From: Chiloscyllium plagiosum
Lineage: Eukaryota
Direction: 5' to 3'
Assembly: GCF_004010195.1 (NCBI RefSeq)
Contig: NW_025215178.1
Span: forward strand, 1-48,924
DNA length: 48,924 nucleotides
Numbering within the stretch: position 1 is the first letter of the stretch; each line of letters opens with the position of its first letter. Both the position numbers and the translations under genes were made by a program. Below the pieces are notes generated by a model, which was given only the letters and a program-made list of their open reading frames with translations, searched no databases and was not told where the DNA came from. This document shows, in pieces, positions 9,820 to 22,702 of the stretch.

Positions 9820-12570
9820 GATACAGGAGCCTGCTGAGATTTTCCAGCATTTTCATTTGTTGATTCTGAAACAGAAGATGGGAGTGATCCTGGACCAATC
9901 AGCTCTCCCATGTTCTGGGAATATTTGACTTACCCGTTCGATCAGATCACGTCTGTCCCACACTGAAACCTCAGAATCCTTTCCCACCCCCACACTCGTT
10001 ACTGGCAATAAACTGTTCATTTCATAAACGTACATGAGCACACAACAAGAACAATTGCAAAATGTACAGTGAGAGCTCCGTTCCGTTCCATAAACACATT
10101 CTGAATCAGTTAATTTTTGATCAGGAGCCATGAGACATTAAGCCGTCTCTGTCAGACCACGAACAAATGGCCATTCGCTTTATGTGTGTTTGAACAGTTT
10201 GGATGATGCACGGATGTAGTGGAATCTCACGTTTTGAAATGGACATCATTCATAGTATTTTCAGCTGCACTGATAAAATTGTCACTGGCGCTTCCAGTAA
10301 AGTGCAGACAGTTTTCACTCTGAAACCGACATGTGATCAAAGCAGGAGGACGTATGTGTCAACGAAAGCAACAAGAATGCTCCACCAGCGTTGGTTTGCA
10401 ATTCTGCATGTGGAACGAAGAGCTGGAACTCTATTAAACAGTGAAAACGACTATTATGGGGCTTGGACGCACGACTCTCTGATTAAACAACTCACATTGC
10501 GCTGAACTGAGATATCCAGGCTTGGCACACGATGAATTAGTTTGATATTTCATTCTGAGCATAATTCACCTGGCACAGCAATTTGCAAAGATCCAGCTCA
10601 TTCCTCCCAATCACAAATAACATAATTCACATCTTTCAACATTACAATCTATTTAACACTTGTCCCGGCATTTAAGATTCAACCTGAATATTTTCATATG
10701 AAGTGATTTCCAGTCACTCTGGCAGACAGTAAACCAGTCGGAAAATTACCTTTGGAAACCCAATCATTTCTGTTTACAGTATTGGGAATTTCCCATCTGC
10801 TGACAAGACAGAGTCCTCACAATCAACATTTTCTTTGTTCTTCCTGCCTAAAACGTGTACCACTTCTTATTTTCAAGACAGCAGTTTTGTTAATCAGACG
10901 TTCAAAGAACAGGAACAATCTACCAATCTCCTGTAGCCGTTTCCAATTTAAAATGGAAGTTTTGTTCCTTTCCCACGGGAGGAGTAGTTAATGAGAAAGG
11001 AGTTTCCACGAGTTGTGTCCCAGGGTTTGGCAGGAAGCCCTGATTGAAGCTGCAGTGGCGGCTTTCATTTGGCATCGGGCGATTGGAGATCATGGTGTCG
11101 TATTCTGCTGTGTGTAAACGTCTTGCTCCCTGTGGACTCGGGGTGAATCATGGATGAGTTTTCGGAACAACACTGCCTTCCAGTCTCTGGCCATCTAAGG
11201 AAATAGAAAGAGAGTTATTTGTTCAGTTAGAAGTCCTGGGCAATGTGAAAGATGGAACAGTTCTGATACAAAATTGGAGACTGGGAAAATGGTTGGAGAG
11301 GAAGTAACAATACAGAAGCTGACATAAAGTTGGAAGTCAGGAGACATTCAATAAAAAGGAAAAGCGTGCAAAAGCAGGTGGAGATAGACATGGAAAAGAA
11401 GTGTCACTAGTCCCGAAGTCTTAAATCGATTTATATTTCCACGATGCTACCAGACTTGCTGAGATTTTCCAGTAATTTCATTTGTTGGTTTAGAAACAGA
11501 AGATGGCAGTGATCCTGGACCAAACAGTTCTCCCGTGTTCTGGGGATATTTGACTTACTGTGTCTATGTCCCACACTGAAACCTCACGATCCTGCCGCAC
11601 CTCCACCCCCGTTACTGACAATATACTGTTCATTACGTTAAACACAAGAAGAACAATTGCAAAACGTTGAGGGAGAGTACCCTTCGGTTTCCATCAGAAC
11701 AATATGAATCACTAAANNNNNNNNNNNNNNNNNNNNNNNNNNNNNNNNNNNNNNNNNNNNNNNNNNNNNNNNNNNNNNNNNNNNNNNNNNNNNNNNNNNN
11801 NNNNNNNNNNNNNNNNNNNNNNNNNNNNNNNNNNNNNNNNNNNNNNNNNNNNNNNNNNNNNNNNNNNNNNNNNNNNNNNNNNNNNNNNNNNNNNNNNNNN
11901 NNNNNNNNNNNNNNNNNNNNNNNNNNNNNNNNNNNNNNNNNNNNNNNNNNNNNNNNNNNNNNNNNNNNNNNNNNNNNNNNNNNNNNNNNNNNNNNNNNNN
12001 NNNNNNNNNNNNNNNNNNNNNNNNNNNNNNNNNNNNNNNNNNNNNNNNNNNNNNNNNNNNNNNNNNNNNNNNNNNNNNNNNNNNNNNNNNNNNNNNNNNN
12101 NNNNNNNNNNNNNNNNNNNNNNNNNNNNNNNNNNNNNNNNNNNNNNNNNNNNNNNNNNNNNNNNNNNNNNNNNNNNNNNNNNNNNNNNNNNNNNNNNNNN
12201 NNNNNNNNNNNNNNNNNNNNNNNNNNNNNNNNNNNNNNNNNNNNNNNNNNNNNNNNNNNNNNNNNNNNNNNNNNNNNNNNNNNNNNNNNNNNNNNNNNNN
12301 NNNNNNNNNNNNNNNNNNNNNNNNNNNNNNNNNNNNNNNNNNNNNNNNNNNNNNNNNNNNNNNNNNNNNNNNNNNNNCACGGAAAGAGCTGTTACTAAGG
12401 AAGGAGTTTCCACGAGTTGTTTCCCATGGCTTGGCAGAAAGTCGCTGATTGAAGCTGCAGCGGCCGCTTTCTGTTGGCATCGGGAGCTTGGAGAATGTGA
12501 TGTCGTATCCTGCTGCGTGTAAACGTCTCACTCCCTGCGGACTTGGGGTGAATCATGGATGAGTTTTCCC
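9820..12570. repeat. Tandem segmental duplication (~1.4-1.6-kb unit; second copy partly in the gap)
   Basis: ~9820-10110 matches ~11450-11715, and ~10974-11163 matches 12378-12568 (e.g. GGGGTGAATCATGGATGAGTTTTC in both). Confidence 0.9.
10448..10521 (-). pseudogene. Decayed tRNA-Lys-like pseudogene
   Basis: Reverse complement GCCTGGATATCTCAGTT..TTTAATCAGAGAGTCGTGCGTCCAAGCCCC resembles tRNA-Lys (GCCCGGATAGCTCAGTC..TTTTAATCTGAGGGTC). Confidence 0.6.
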
Positions 12571-12627
12571 AGTTACAATGTCAATACGTGGTCGGCGTAA
12601 ATGCTTGTGCTGAAATATTTGAGACTT

Positions 12628-12694
12628 ATTCCCTGGGTGGGCTCGAACCACCAACATTTCAGCCAACTGCGCTGACCATTTGAGATACAGAAAC
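12628..12694 (-). pseudogene. tRNA-Asn(GTT) pseudogene with 7-nt anticodon deletion
   Basis: 3' half GTTGGTGGTTCGAGCCCACCCAGGGA matches tRNA-Asn; TTAACCG is missing from the anticodon arm (67 nt in total). Confidence 0.88.
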
Positions 12695-12885
12695 TGGCAA
12701 CACAGATATCCAAAAGCAATGTCATCGACGGGATATGAGGATACGTCGGACAGCCTTGTTTTCAGAGACGGTCGCTGATTTCATTACCGAGAGGGTAGGC
12801 ACACTGAGGAGCTGCAAACACTCAAATTAAAAGGCATCCACACATGCGCAGTTCGCTCACATACATCTCCACATAGTAGCTCACT

Positions 12886-12967
12886 TACGATGCTGATATT
12901 TGAAGCCACGATTCGATAGAAACTGAAGCTTAAAATCCAGCATTTTAGACTGCTCGACCACGCTACC
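12886..12967 (-). pseudogene. tRNA-Leu (AAG/TAG type) pseudogene
   Basis: Reverse complement GGTAGCGTGGTCGAGCAGTCTAAAATGCTGGATTTTAAGCTTCAGT.. vs canonical GGTAGCGTGGCCGAGCGGTCTAAGGCGCTGGATT.AGGCTCCAGT; 3' end decayed. Confidence 0.85.
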
Positions 12968-13084
12968 ACACAAAAGTCAACGCTCAGATTTGTTATGACT
13001 AGTGTTTCAGCATCGATTCACTTCAGGCACTTAGACCTCGCAGATTATGTAATGAAATTGGCGTAAATTAAGAAGAAAGACTAA

Positions 13085-16000
13085 ATAAAATGTACAGACA
13101 AGGAACAGGCCCTTCATCCATTCAAGCCTGAGCCGATCCAAATCTACTGTTTAAATCTGTCACCCAATTCCTAAGCATCTGTATCCCTCTGCTCCCCACA
13201 TACTCATCCATCTGTCCAGATGTATCTTAAATGTATCTACCGTGATTACCTCCCCCGTCTCTGCTGGGAACGCGTTCCAGACACCCACCACCCGCTGTGT
13301 CAAGTAGTTGCCGCGCGTATCGCTCTTAAACTTTTCACCTCTCACCTTGAACGCGTGACCTCTCGGTATTTAATCCTTCAACTGGGAAATAAAACTTTTC
13401 TCTATCTACCCTGTCTGTACCCTTCATGATTTTGTAAGCCTCAAAAAGGTCCCCCTCAAACTCCTTGTTTCTAATGAAAACAAACCTAACCTACTCAACC
13501 TCTCTTCCTAGATTGCATCTTCCATACGAGGCAATCTCTGCTTAAACTTTTTACCGCCCTCTCCAAAGCGTCCACATCCTTTTGGTAATGTGGCGACCAG
13601 AAATTTGCACAGTATTCTAAGTGTGGCCAGACCAATGTATTGTTCAATTTTAACATGACTTGCCAGCCATTTTATTCAATACCCCATCCAATGAAGCCAA
13701 GCATACTATATGCCTGCTTGACTACTCTATCCACCTGTGCCGCAACCTTCAGTGTATAATGGACCTGCACTCACAGATCTCTCTGTCCATCAATTTTGAT
13801 TTTCCCAAAGCTCTTCCGTTCATTGTATAACCCCATCTAGAATTAGACTGACCGGAATGCGTCACCTCACAGTTGTCTGTTTTGAACTCCAGCTGCCACT
13901 TTTCTGCCCAACTTTCCAGTATATCTATATCCTCCTGTATTCTTTAACAGTCAAGTATACTTTCTGCTAGTCCAGAGTTCTTCGTGTCATCTGCAAACTT
14001 TCTGATCATTCCAACAGTGCTCTCTTCCAGATCATTTATGTATAATCACAAACAACAGTGGCCACAACACTGACCCCTGTGGAGCACTACTGGTCATCTT
14101 TCTCCATTTCCAGAAACTCCATTCAACTGCCATTCTCTCTCTCCTATTGCTCAACTAATTCTTTATCCACCTGTCTGGAACACCCTGCACACAATGTTAC
14201 TTCACGTTCTGTATTTGGTTACCAGGGGGAATCTTATCTAACTCCATACTGTAGTGCATGTATATGTCATCAACAGCCTTTCCTTCATCTATCAACTTGG
14301 GCACTTCCCCGAAAAACTCTGTGCCTCTCACTGATATGCACATTATTTTCTAAATATGAATAGATCCTATCCCTCAGTACCTTCTCCAGCAACTTTCCCA
14401 ACGCTGATGTTAGGCGCCTTGTTCTGTAGTTATCCAGAATATCCCTACTGTCCTTCTTGTACAGGGGACAATATGAGCAACGTTCCAGTCGGCCAGAACC
14501 TCACCTGTGCTGAAGGATGCCACGAAGATATCTGTCAGGGCCCCAGCTATTTCCTCTCTCACCTCACTCAGGAACCGGGGATAGATCCCATCCGTTCCTG
14601 GGGATTTGTCCACATTAATTACCCCTACCCTGCCCAACACAGTTTCCCTACTTATGTCAACATGATCCAGACTAATCAAATGTCTTACTCTAGACTCAAC
14701 ATTCATCATGTTCCTCTCCTCAGTGAACAATGATGCAAAATAATCATTCAGAATCATACCCACTCTCTCAGATTCGACATGCAGCCTTCCTTCATTTTCC
14801 TTTAGTGGACCAATCCTTTCTCTGGTTACCCACTTGCTTCTTATATATGAATAATAGGCTTTAGGATTCTCCTTAACTGTGCTAGCGTGAAGTTGTTTCA
14901 TGACCCCTTGATTCCTCGTTTACGACTTGTCCTACTCTTCTCATGTTCCTCCAGGAAACATTATGTTCTTGGCTGCCGAGGCACCCTTTTCCTCTTGGAG
15001 AGTCGTACAATTGTCCTGTCATCAACAGTTCACGAATATTGCCTTACAAATCCTTTGCCTTCAACGGGACATGCCTATCCTGCACTATATTTAACCTATC
15101 TTTGAAAGCCTGTCACATATGAACTGTGGACCTTCCTACAAATAGCTGTGTCCAATCCACATTTCCGACCTCCTGCATAATTTTGATATAATTAGCTTTG
15201 GCCCAGTTTAGTACTCTTTCCTCATGACCACTCTCATCTTTGTCAATGAGTATTCTAACACTTACAGAATATTGGACACTTCCCAAAGAAATCACTCACC
15301 GCAACTGCTATCACCAGCCCTGGCTTAATCCACAATATCAGTTCCAATATGGCCTATTCCGTCGTCGGACTATTGATATACCACTCCACAAAACTCACCT
15401 GGAGGCTTCTTATAAATGGTATCCCATCCAGACCTCTGACGTGAAGAGTATCCCGGTCAATGTTGGGAAAATAGAAATCTTCAATCAACACTAAATTATT
15501 GCCTCTACGTCTTTGCATGATCTGTTTAACTATTTTGTTTCTTGCATCTCACGCTCACTGTAATACAGCCTCAAAAATCTAACCTCACCCTTCTTATTTC
15601 ACTGCTCCATCCATAGTGTCTCACGACCCAAGCCCTACATGATGTCCTCCTTTCGCACAGCCATGATATCATCCCTGACCAGCAATGCAACTCCTTCCCC
15701 TTTTTTCTCTCCCTGTCCCGTCTGAAGCGTCTATATCCTCGAACATTTGGTTGCCAACCATGCCCTTCCTTCAACTAAATCTCTGTGATCGCAACAACGT
15801 CATATTCCCAGGCACCAACATAAGCCCTAAGTTCATCTGTCTATACTCCATGCATTAAAGTAGATGCATTTCAGGCCACCGGTTCTTTTGCATTCATCTG
15901 CTCTCTGCCTACTCTTCCCATTATTAATGCTATCTTCCTGATTCTTAGCGTTTCCAGTTTCTACCTCACTGCCGACTTGTTTAATCGTGTGGTTCCCAGC

Positions 16001-16545
16001 CCCCTGCCACATTAGTATAAAATCTCCCCAACAGCAGTAGCAAAAACTCCCGAAAGGACATTGGTTCCCATCTGGTTCAGATGTTGATCGTCAATTTTCT
16101 TATCATCCCACATTCCCCAGAACTGGTCACAAAATCCAACAAATCTGAAACCCGCCCTGCAGCACCATTCCTCAAGTCACGTGTTCATCGTGTCTTTTTT
16201 ATTCATTTTTACGCTGGCAGTCACATGGCACCGGCAGTAACCCCGAGATTACTACCTTTGAGGTCCTCCTCTTTAATTTCTCTCCTAGCTCCCTGAATTC
16301 TCCCTGCAGGTCCACATCTCGTTTTTTTTTCGTTGGTGCCTGTATGCACCAAGACAACTGGCTGTTCACGATCCCCTTTTCGAATGCTCTTCAGCCGATG
16401 GGCAACATCCCTGGCACCCGGCCTGAGCACCTGGGAGGCAACATAACTCTCCAGAATTGCTGATGCTCCACAGTGAGTCCACCCGCATCTCCAGAGTGGC
16501 CACGCGGTCAAACAAGTGCTGCAGCTGGACACACTTCTTGCAAGT
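13085..16545 (-). mobile_element. CR1 LINE, long decayed copy (ORF1 esterase, EN, RT, 3' UTR; internal deletions)
   Basis: ORF1 PGARDV..QPVVLVHTGTNE (16221-16532); EN/RT fragments KENPKAYYSYIRSK..DKSPGTDGIYPR (14410-14901); C-terminal RGNYLTQRVVGVWN (13160-13345). Confidence 0.92.
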
Positions 16546-16858
16546 GAAAGTTTATAAAACCTTTACAAGGATTGGCAAGGTTTGCACTTCTTGGACATGA
16601 GAACGAAACTGAATAGGCTTGGTCAGATTCCCAGGAGATTCAGTATGGCCTCACAGAAGCTTATAAAATCTTGTTATGTCCTGTAAACTAGTAAAAACTA
16701 TTTACTAGTTAAAAAGAGCAACATACACTACTGGATTTAAACCTGGAAACTGAAGCCGGAACTCTAAATCAGAATATAAAGCAATTCAAACAGACACTGA
16801 GTTTCTCGATCAGCAACACAATACTTGCGAGAAATAACGAGCTTTCAATATAATGAGC

Positions 16859-16906
16859 AGGCACCAGTGTGATGGGAGGTGCTTCCACCAGCTAAGCCAC
16901 GGCGCC
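16859..16906 (-). pseudogene. tRNA-Thr(AGT)-derived pseudogene with large internal deletion
   Basis: Reverse complement GGCGCCGTGGCTTAGCTGGTGGAAGCACCT joined via CCCATCACAC to TGGTGCCT. Both ends match tRNA-Thr(AGT); anticodon loop and T arm lost (48 nt). Confidence 0.75.
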
Positions 16907-17565
16907 ACGTTAAAAGTCAGATTTGTCGTCCATATGTGCAATGTCTGAACCACTTGATCACAGGAATTCGAAAACGCGTTTTCTGTATTAGCGTTGCTCA
17001 GTATGAATGGCAATCAAACTCTGCTTGTGCAAAAGCAGACATTTCAATGCTGAGCATGCCCCACTGAAATGGCACAGAAAAAGACAGTATCCTCTTGCAT
17101 TGGCATCCAAAAGATATTTTCATCTGTTTAAACTGACAGAATAAAGAGGATGTGCTGATCTCCTCTCGCGTCCCATTAAACACGTTAATACACACGCAGG
17201 GATTTTCAAACCAGGATGAACAGGCTCATTGTTGCGAATTGACAGCAGTGGTGTGTGAGTCATTGCGAACAGTGAGAAATAAATGCTGAACCAATAGCGC
17301 CTTGCACCATCAGCTCCACACTCACATCTTGTGTCATGTCTCCTCGGCATCAATGCATTTGACTTTAATTGTTCTACCCTGCACCTCTCCTCAAGTTATT
17401 CCCGACCGCTTGCAGTGTCGAATTAGTACATGCAATTATTAGAAATGCATTTCTGGGACACAGTTGTCTTTCAATTAGATAAGATTCACTGCCCATCCCT
17501 AATTATCCCAAAGATGTAGGGGACGAGTTACTTTTGTCAACTCCTCAAAGACGCCACTCCTGACG

Positions 17566-18120
17566 CCACTCTGTCAATGTAACTCACTGAGGGAAGAGCA
17601 AACTGCCGCCACTCAGTCAGTGTTACTCACCCAGGGAAGGGCAGACTGACCCCACACTCTCAGTGTAATTCAGCAGACTGATCCCACACTGTCAATATAA
17701 GTCATTCTCTGAAGAGCAGTCTGACCTCACTCTATAAATGTAATTCCCTCAGGGAAGAGCAGACTGATCCCATTCTGTCTATGGCACTCACCCAATGAAT
17801 GAACACTAACCCCACTCTACCAATGTAACTCGCCAGGGAAGAGCAGATGGAAGCCACACTGTCAACATAAATTATCGAGGGAAGAGAATACTGACCCCGC
17901 TCTTTCTATTTCACTCAGGCAGGGAAGAGCAGACTGTCACCACTCTGTGAAAGAAATTCGCCCAGGGAAGGGCAGATTGACCCGACTGCATCTGCGTGAC
18001 TGACACAGGTAAGAGCAACTAACCCAACCCTGTCAACGTATCTCCCTCAGGGAAGAAGACCCTGACCCCTCTCTGTCCATGTAGCTCACCCAGGAAACAG
18101 CAGACTAACCCCACTCTATC
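17566..18120. repeat. 43-bp minisatellite, ~13 diverged copies
   Basis: Consensus ~CCACTCTGTCAATGTAACTCACCCAGGGAAGAGCAGACTGACC. Confidence 0.92.
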
Positions 18121-18219
18121 TATTGAAGTTCACAAAAATCCTCTGAAGTACGTCCTATCCAGACACTCCTATTAGAGAGACATCACTGTCTCTGTAACCG
18201 TGTGCATTCAATGGCAATT

Positions 18220-18330
18220 ACAAATAACCTGCAAATGTTTAGAATGTGGCAGCAAACCAGAGCAACCACACAGAAATTGGGCGAATGTGCAAACTTCCAT
18301 TAGGCTGTCACCTAAACCTGGAATGGAAAC
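18220..18330 (-). mobile_element. Old HE1 SINE fragment (host of the younger HE1)
   Basis: GAATGTGG..AAACCAGAGCA..GAATGTGCAAACT is the reverse HE1 core. Confidence 0.7.
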
Positions 18331-18335
18331 CAAAC

Positions 18336-18657
18336 GGCGGCACGGTGGCACAGTGGTTAGCACTGCTGCCTCACAGCGCCAGAGACCCGGGTTCAATTCC
18401 CGACACAGGCGACTGACTGTGTGGAGTTTGCAGGTTCTCCCCGTGTCTGCGTGGGTTTCCTCCGGGTGCTCCGGTTTCCTCCCACAGTCCAAAGATGTGC
18501 AGGTCAGGTGAATTGGCCATGCTAAATTGCCCGTAGTGTTAGGTAAGGGGTAAATGTAGAGGTATGGGTGGGTTGCGCTTCGGCGGGGCGGTGTGGACTT
18601 GTTGGGCCGAAGGGCCTTTTTCCACACTGTATGTAATCTAATCTAATCTAATCTAAT
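18336..18657 (+). mobile_element. HE1 SINE, full length, young
   Basis: tRNA-like head with A box TGGCACAGTGG and B box GGTTCAATTCC, V-SINE core, (AATCT)n tail, flanking CAAAC repeats at 18331 and 18658. Confidence 0.95.
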
Positions 18658-20654
18658 CAAACCCGACAGCAGTCGTGATTATAAAATGGCAGAACAGAAA
18701 CCTAGCAAAAAGAATTGCGTCCCTGTGTGTTGCAACGATTCTGAATATTAATTAAGCCCCCCTCACTGTAGTTAATTTCCATTTTCATCACTGCCAACCT
18801 TCTTCAAAGCAAAGCACGCACTTGCTTTTTTCAGACTTCCTATATCCCGCTTTCATCCCGCATTTTACCTAATCATATTTCTGACTTTACAAACTACGTC
18901 ATAACAGGTTGACACTGCAGAATGAGCTTTGTTCCGTTCTCCACTGATGTTGATAGTAGTAATCCGGCATATTCGAGTAGGACTTGAGGCACTTACGGGT
19001 GGTGTATTCACGGCATTTTGGCTTCTTTTTTCATTTTCGGTCTACTATTTCGAGTTCATTGAGCAGACTTCTGAAGAAGACGTTTTGGAGTCGAAATGGT
19101 AACTGTGTTTTCTCTCGCAAGACAGACGTAGCTTTATTTCTGTTCTCTTATAAATTGATCTTCTTCTGATCTTTGCAAGTGAAATAGGGTGCATTACTAT
19201 TGCTCGGTTTTAGTTTCAAAATCAAGAGAAACATGAAGGAGAGAATATCAAAGAACACAAAGTTCTGAGTTGTTAAGATAATTTTTGCAGCAATGGTGGA
19301 CATGAAGGTCAAATTAAGATAACGGTTCAAGAACATTTAGTCTGTGGAAATGGTATGTGACTTTAGTTCCAAATATATGTTTCCGTTTTTCCATTACATC
19401 TTTTTGACTCCCAGAAAACATTGATTGTTTTCTGTTTCACTTTGTTTCGTGACATCTTTCTTCTGGTCGACCAGGGACAACTTGAATTTGCGTCTGCATT
19501 GAATAAGACGAGGTTTTCGAGGAGGAAACCTGTGCATTATGTACCACTTATCATGCTGATGGCTAAGAAGTTCAAAATGAATTACGGTGTATGGATCGTG
19601 AGCAAGAATGAAGTGATCCACTTGCGAACAGATGTCACCACGCCCTATTCCTACGGGCCTGAACGGTCTATTGGCAGAGTCTGCAGACAGGAAATGTCTA
19701 AGTGACTAGTCCTTTGTTTAGTTTGATTTGGTAGTGCTGTTTTGGTGCAGAAATGCGTCAACATCTCTGCCGTTAGAGTCAAAATTTAAGTCACATCTAC
19801 TCCATGGAGTGTCTTCTCATATCGGAAAATGCTGACATGAAAACATCTAACTCTGATAGCAAAGGTTTTTTCATTAAACTGGGAGTATGTTTAACTAAGC
19901 AATTAAGACAGCCAGGATGAATAATTGGCATTTCGTTCTTCAAGCTGAGCTCTCCACACCAACTGCTCCAACGAAGGCCGTGGATAAGTTCCCCATCGAT
20001 TATTTTGCTCAATTTTAGCCTCAACGACAACCTATTGTTCTGAACAATGCTACACCACAAGCAGAGGGCTAAGTCTGATTTTCATCGTTAATTTTCAATT
20101 TCAGTTCTTAATGCACAGTTTCTTACGAATGTGGACAGCAGAAGACCAGTAACATTCCATTTCTAATATTTCCATAAAATTCTACTCCGATGATATCGCC
20201 TTGCCTTTTCACATCGCAAGCCAGGAACTCAGTCGAGTTCCTTTCCACACAAGGAGTTGCTTTTTTCTAATTCATTGACTGCTGATATAATAGATTATTG
20301 GCCTTGAGAGTCAGCTGTAAATTAGGTTGAACTTTCTCAGCTTGACTTTCAACTGATCCTAAAAAAATCATCACCTGCAGATAAATGTATTGCATTGCTT
20401 TTTGTTTTGCTGAATTCCACCCCCCGAACATCCAAATTTCACGATAGTTCGACAAATGTGCTGAAACTGATTCGTGTTGGAAGTTGGTGGCTTTTTGTGT
20501 CTCGACATATAATTTATTCAATTAGATGACTGGGTCAGTCTTGAAATTACTTCGGATTATTCACAGTTGAAAGTTTACTTTCGATTGAATGCAAAGCTCA
20601 AGCTCCACGAAATCCAAATCCTGCAAAGGAATTAATGACTTTTAAAAGATTCGA

Positions 20655-20737
20655 CGCTGTGAACAGGATTACGAACCTGCGCAGGGAGACCCCATCGGAT
20701 TTCAAATCCAACGCCTTAACCTCTCGGCCATCACAGC
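20655..20737 (-). tRNA. tRNA-Ser with (CGA)-type body and TGA anticodon; probable pseudogene (1-nt T-loop insertion)
   Basis: Reverse complement GCTGTGATGGCCGAGAGGTTAAGGCGTTGGATTTGAAATCCGATGGGGTCTCCCTGCGCAGGTTCGTAATCCTGTTCACAGCG; acceptor stem intact; T4 tract 7 nt downstream (20644-20647). Confidence 0.9.
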
Positions 20738-21289
20738 TGCGAAGAAGCTGTCAATTTTCATAGTAAAACAACTGAATTCATTTGTTGGAAGAACAAATTG
20801 TCAAGACCCAAAGATTTCGCCAAATCCTTTGCAGAGACCCAGACGAGCATTACCTTAGCAGATTGACAGGCTTTCACCGCAAACTAGATTCTGACACAGC
20901 TGAAGTTGTGCGAATGATTCTTCGTCGAATTATAGAGTCACGGATGTTCACCACACGAAGAGAGGATCATTGTCTCACTGCGTCCGATCGATTTTGACTC
21001 AATTGCTCATCATCTGATGCCAAATTAGATATGCTGTTGAGTTTTAATATTCATCGAAATATGGTATTAGAAAAATTGATGCTAAGTCCATAAACACTAG
21101 CTACATTCGTAAAAAAAAATCGGAATTAGAAAGAATGCAGAACCAATTTACAGGAATGAATCCAACAACGAATCCGTAAGTGCTGACATCAGGTAATGAA
21201 CTTGTGAGCACAAGAGAGGAAGATTAACCGAAGATTTGGAACTTGAAATTGTCTTGACGGAATTATTTACAAAGTTTTTGCGGTTGTTC

Positions 21290-21645
21290 TAGAGTCATCA
21301 AGTCGTTGAACAATACAACACGGAAAGTGGCCCTTCTTTCCAACATGACCATGGTGGACAGATATCCTAAATTAATAGGTCCCTTTTGCCAACATTTGGC
21401 CCAATCCCTCTAAACCTTGTTATTCACATATCCATCCAGATGCCATTCAATGCTACAGTTGTACCAGTCTCCACCAATTTCTCTGGCAGCTCATTCTGGA
21501 CACGTCTGAAAAAGTTGCCACTGACGTCCCTTTTAAATCCTTACCCACTAATTTTAAACCGATGTTTTCTAAATTTTGACTCCCTCACCAGCCGGAAAAC
21601 ACCTTGACAAGTCAACATATCCATGTCCCTCATGATCTAATAAAT
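21290..21645 (-). mobile_element. CR1 3' end fragment
   Basis: Typical reverse CR1 3' UTR (GGCCCTT..TTTGGCCCAATCCCTCTAAACC..AAAAAGTTGCC). Confidence 0.75.
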
Positions 21646-22702
21646 AGCAACGATTTGACTTTATCATACTTGTCAGGAGGGAAATGCGTGGAGATTATTC
21701 GACCCAGGAGACCCAAAGAATGTTCTCCAACCTAAAACCGGAGGTATCATTACAATCCGAGAACGACAGATCACATTGTGAGGATGCTCTGACCTCGGAG
21801 CCAGTTCGAGATGCCACTTTCCTTGCCTTTTACCTTAACCGTGCAATTTGCTGCTGAGATGTTCACTCCTGGACATGAGCCACATGGATACCNNNNNNNN
21901 NNNNNNNNNNNNNNNNNNNNNNNNNNNNNNNNNNNNNNNNNNNNNNNNNNNNNNNNNNNNNNNNNNNNNNNNNNNNNNNNNNNNNNNNNNNNNNNNNNNN
22001 NNNNNNNNNNNNNNNNNNNNNNNNNNNNNNNNNNNNNNNNNNNNNNNNAAAGAAAACCAAATGAATGCGATGTCATTCTGTAGCCTCTCTGTCAATTCCT
22101 CCGTTTCAGTTCCAACATGACTTCGATCTCGGGGCGCACCTTAATACTAGCGACGCTATGAAAGCACAGGTCCAAAGGTTCGTCTGAGAGTGTAATTTAT
22201 TTCATTGCTGTTGCTGATTGAATGAGCCACTGACGTGCGAATTGCTCCAAAACATGATTCAGGACCTCTGGTGCCAATTCTCGCACGTTGAATAACGACA
22301 GACAGCTTCCAAATGAGGTCTTTCAGAGACGACTTTGCGGTACATTTGACAGACAGACAAGTTCAGGAATTCGTTGTGCGCTGTGACACCAGAGCATCAG
22401 CTGCTTTCCTGTCTTTGAACCGGGCCGCCTGCGCAAGGATTACAAATGCGGTACTGTTTTTTGTGGAAGGATCAGAACACGGTAACGTCACTCTCAAACA
22501 GAATGGCATATGATCAGAACCAGGTTGGAGAACAAACTTTACAATGCTTTGCACAGTAATTAACTGGAATTGCATTAAATTTCACTACGAGAGCAGATTC
22601 GTTCAAGCAAATTCGAAGGCAGGTTTGCAGTTTGCAGATGGGAAAGCAAGCAAGAAAGTTCCGTTCTTGTCCATGTAAAAGGCTGCAGTTGAAGACCAAA
22701 GC

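Noticed and set aside
17566..18120. CRISPR-like periodicity
   Set aside because: Inter-core sequences are mutually homologous, the context is eukaryotic, and no cas genes are present; it is a minisatellite.
18200..18627. ORFs such as CGRKPEHPEETHADTGRTCKLHT (also 28829-29428 and 47959-48479)
   Set aside because: Translations of the HE1 SINE, not genes.
22111..22165. Possible tRNA-Gln-like relic on the minus strand
   Set aside because: Too diverged to distinguish from chance by eye.
22422..22445. U6 snRNA-like GGCCGCCTGCGCAAGGATTACA
   Set aside because: Only ~20 nt match; the ACAGAGA box and the 5' and 3' parts are absent.
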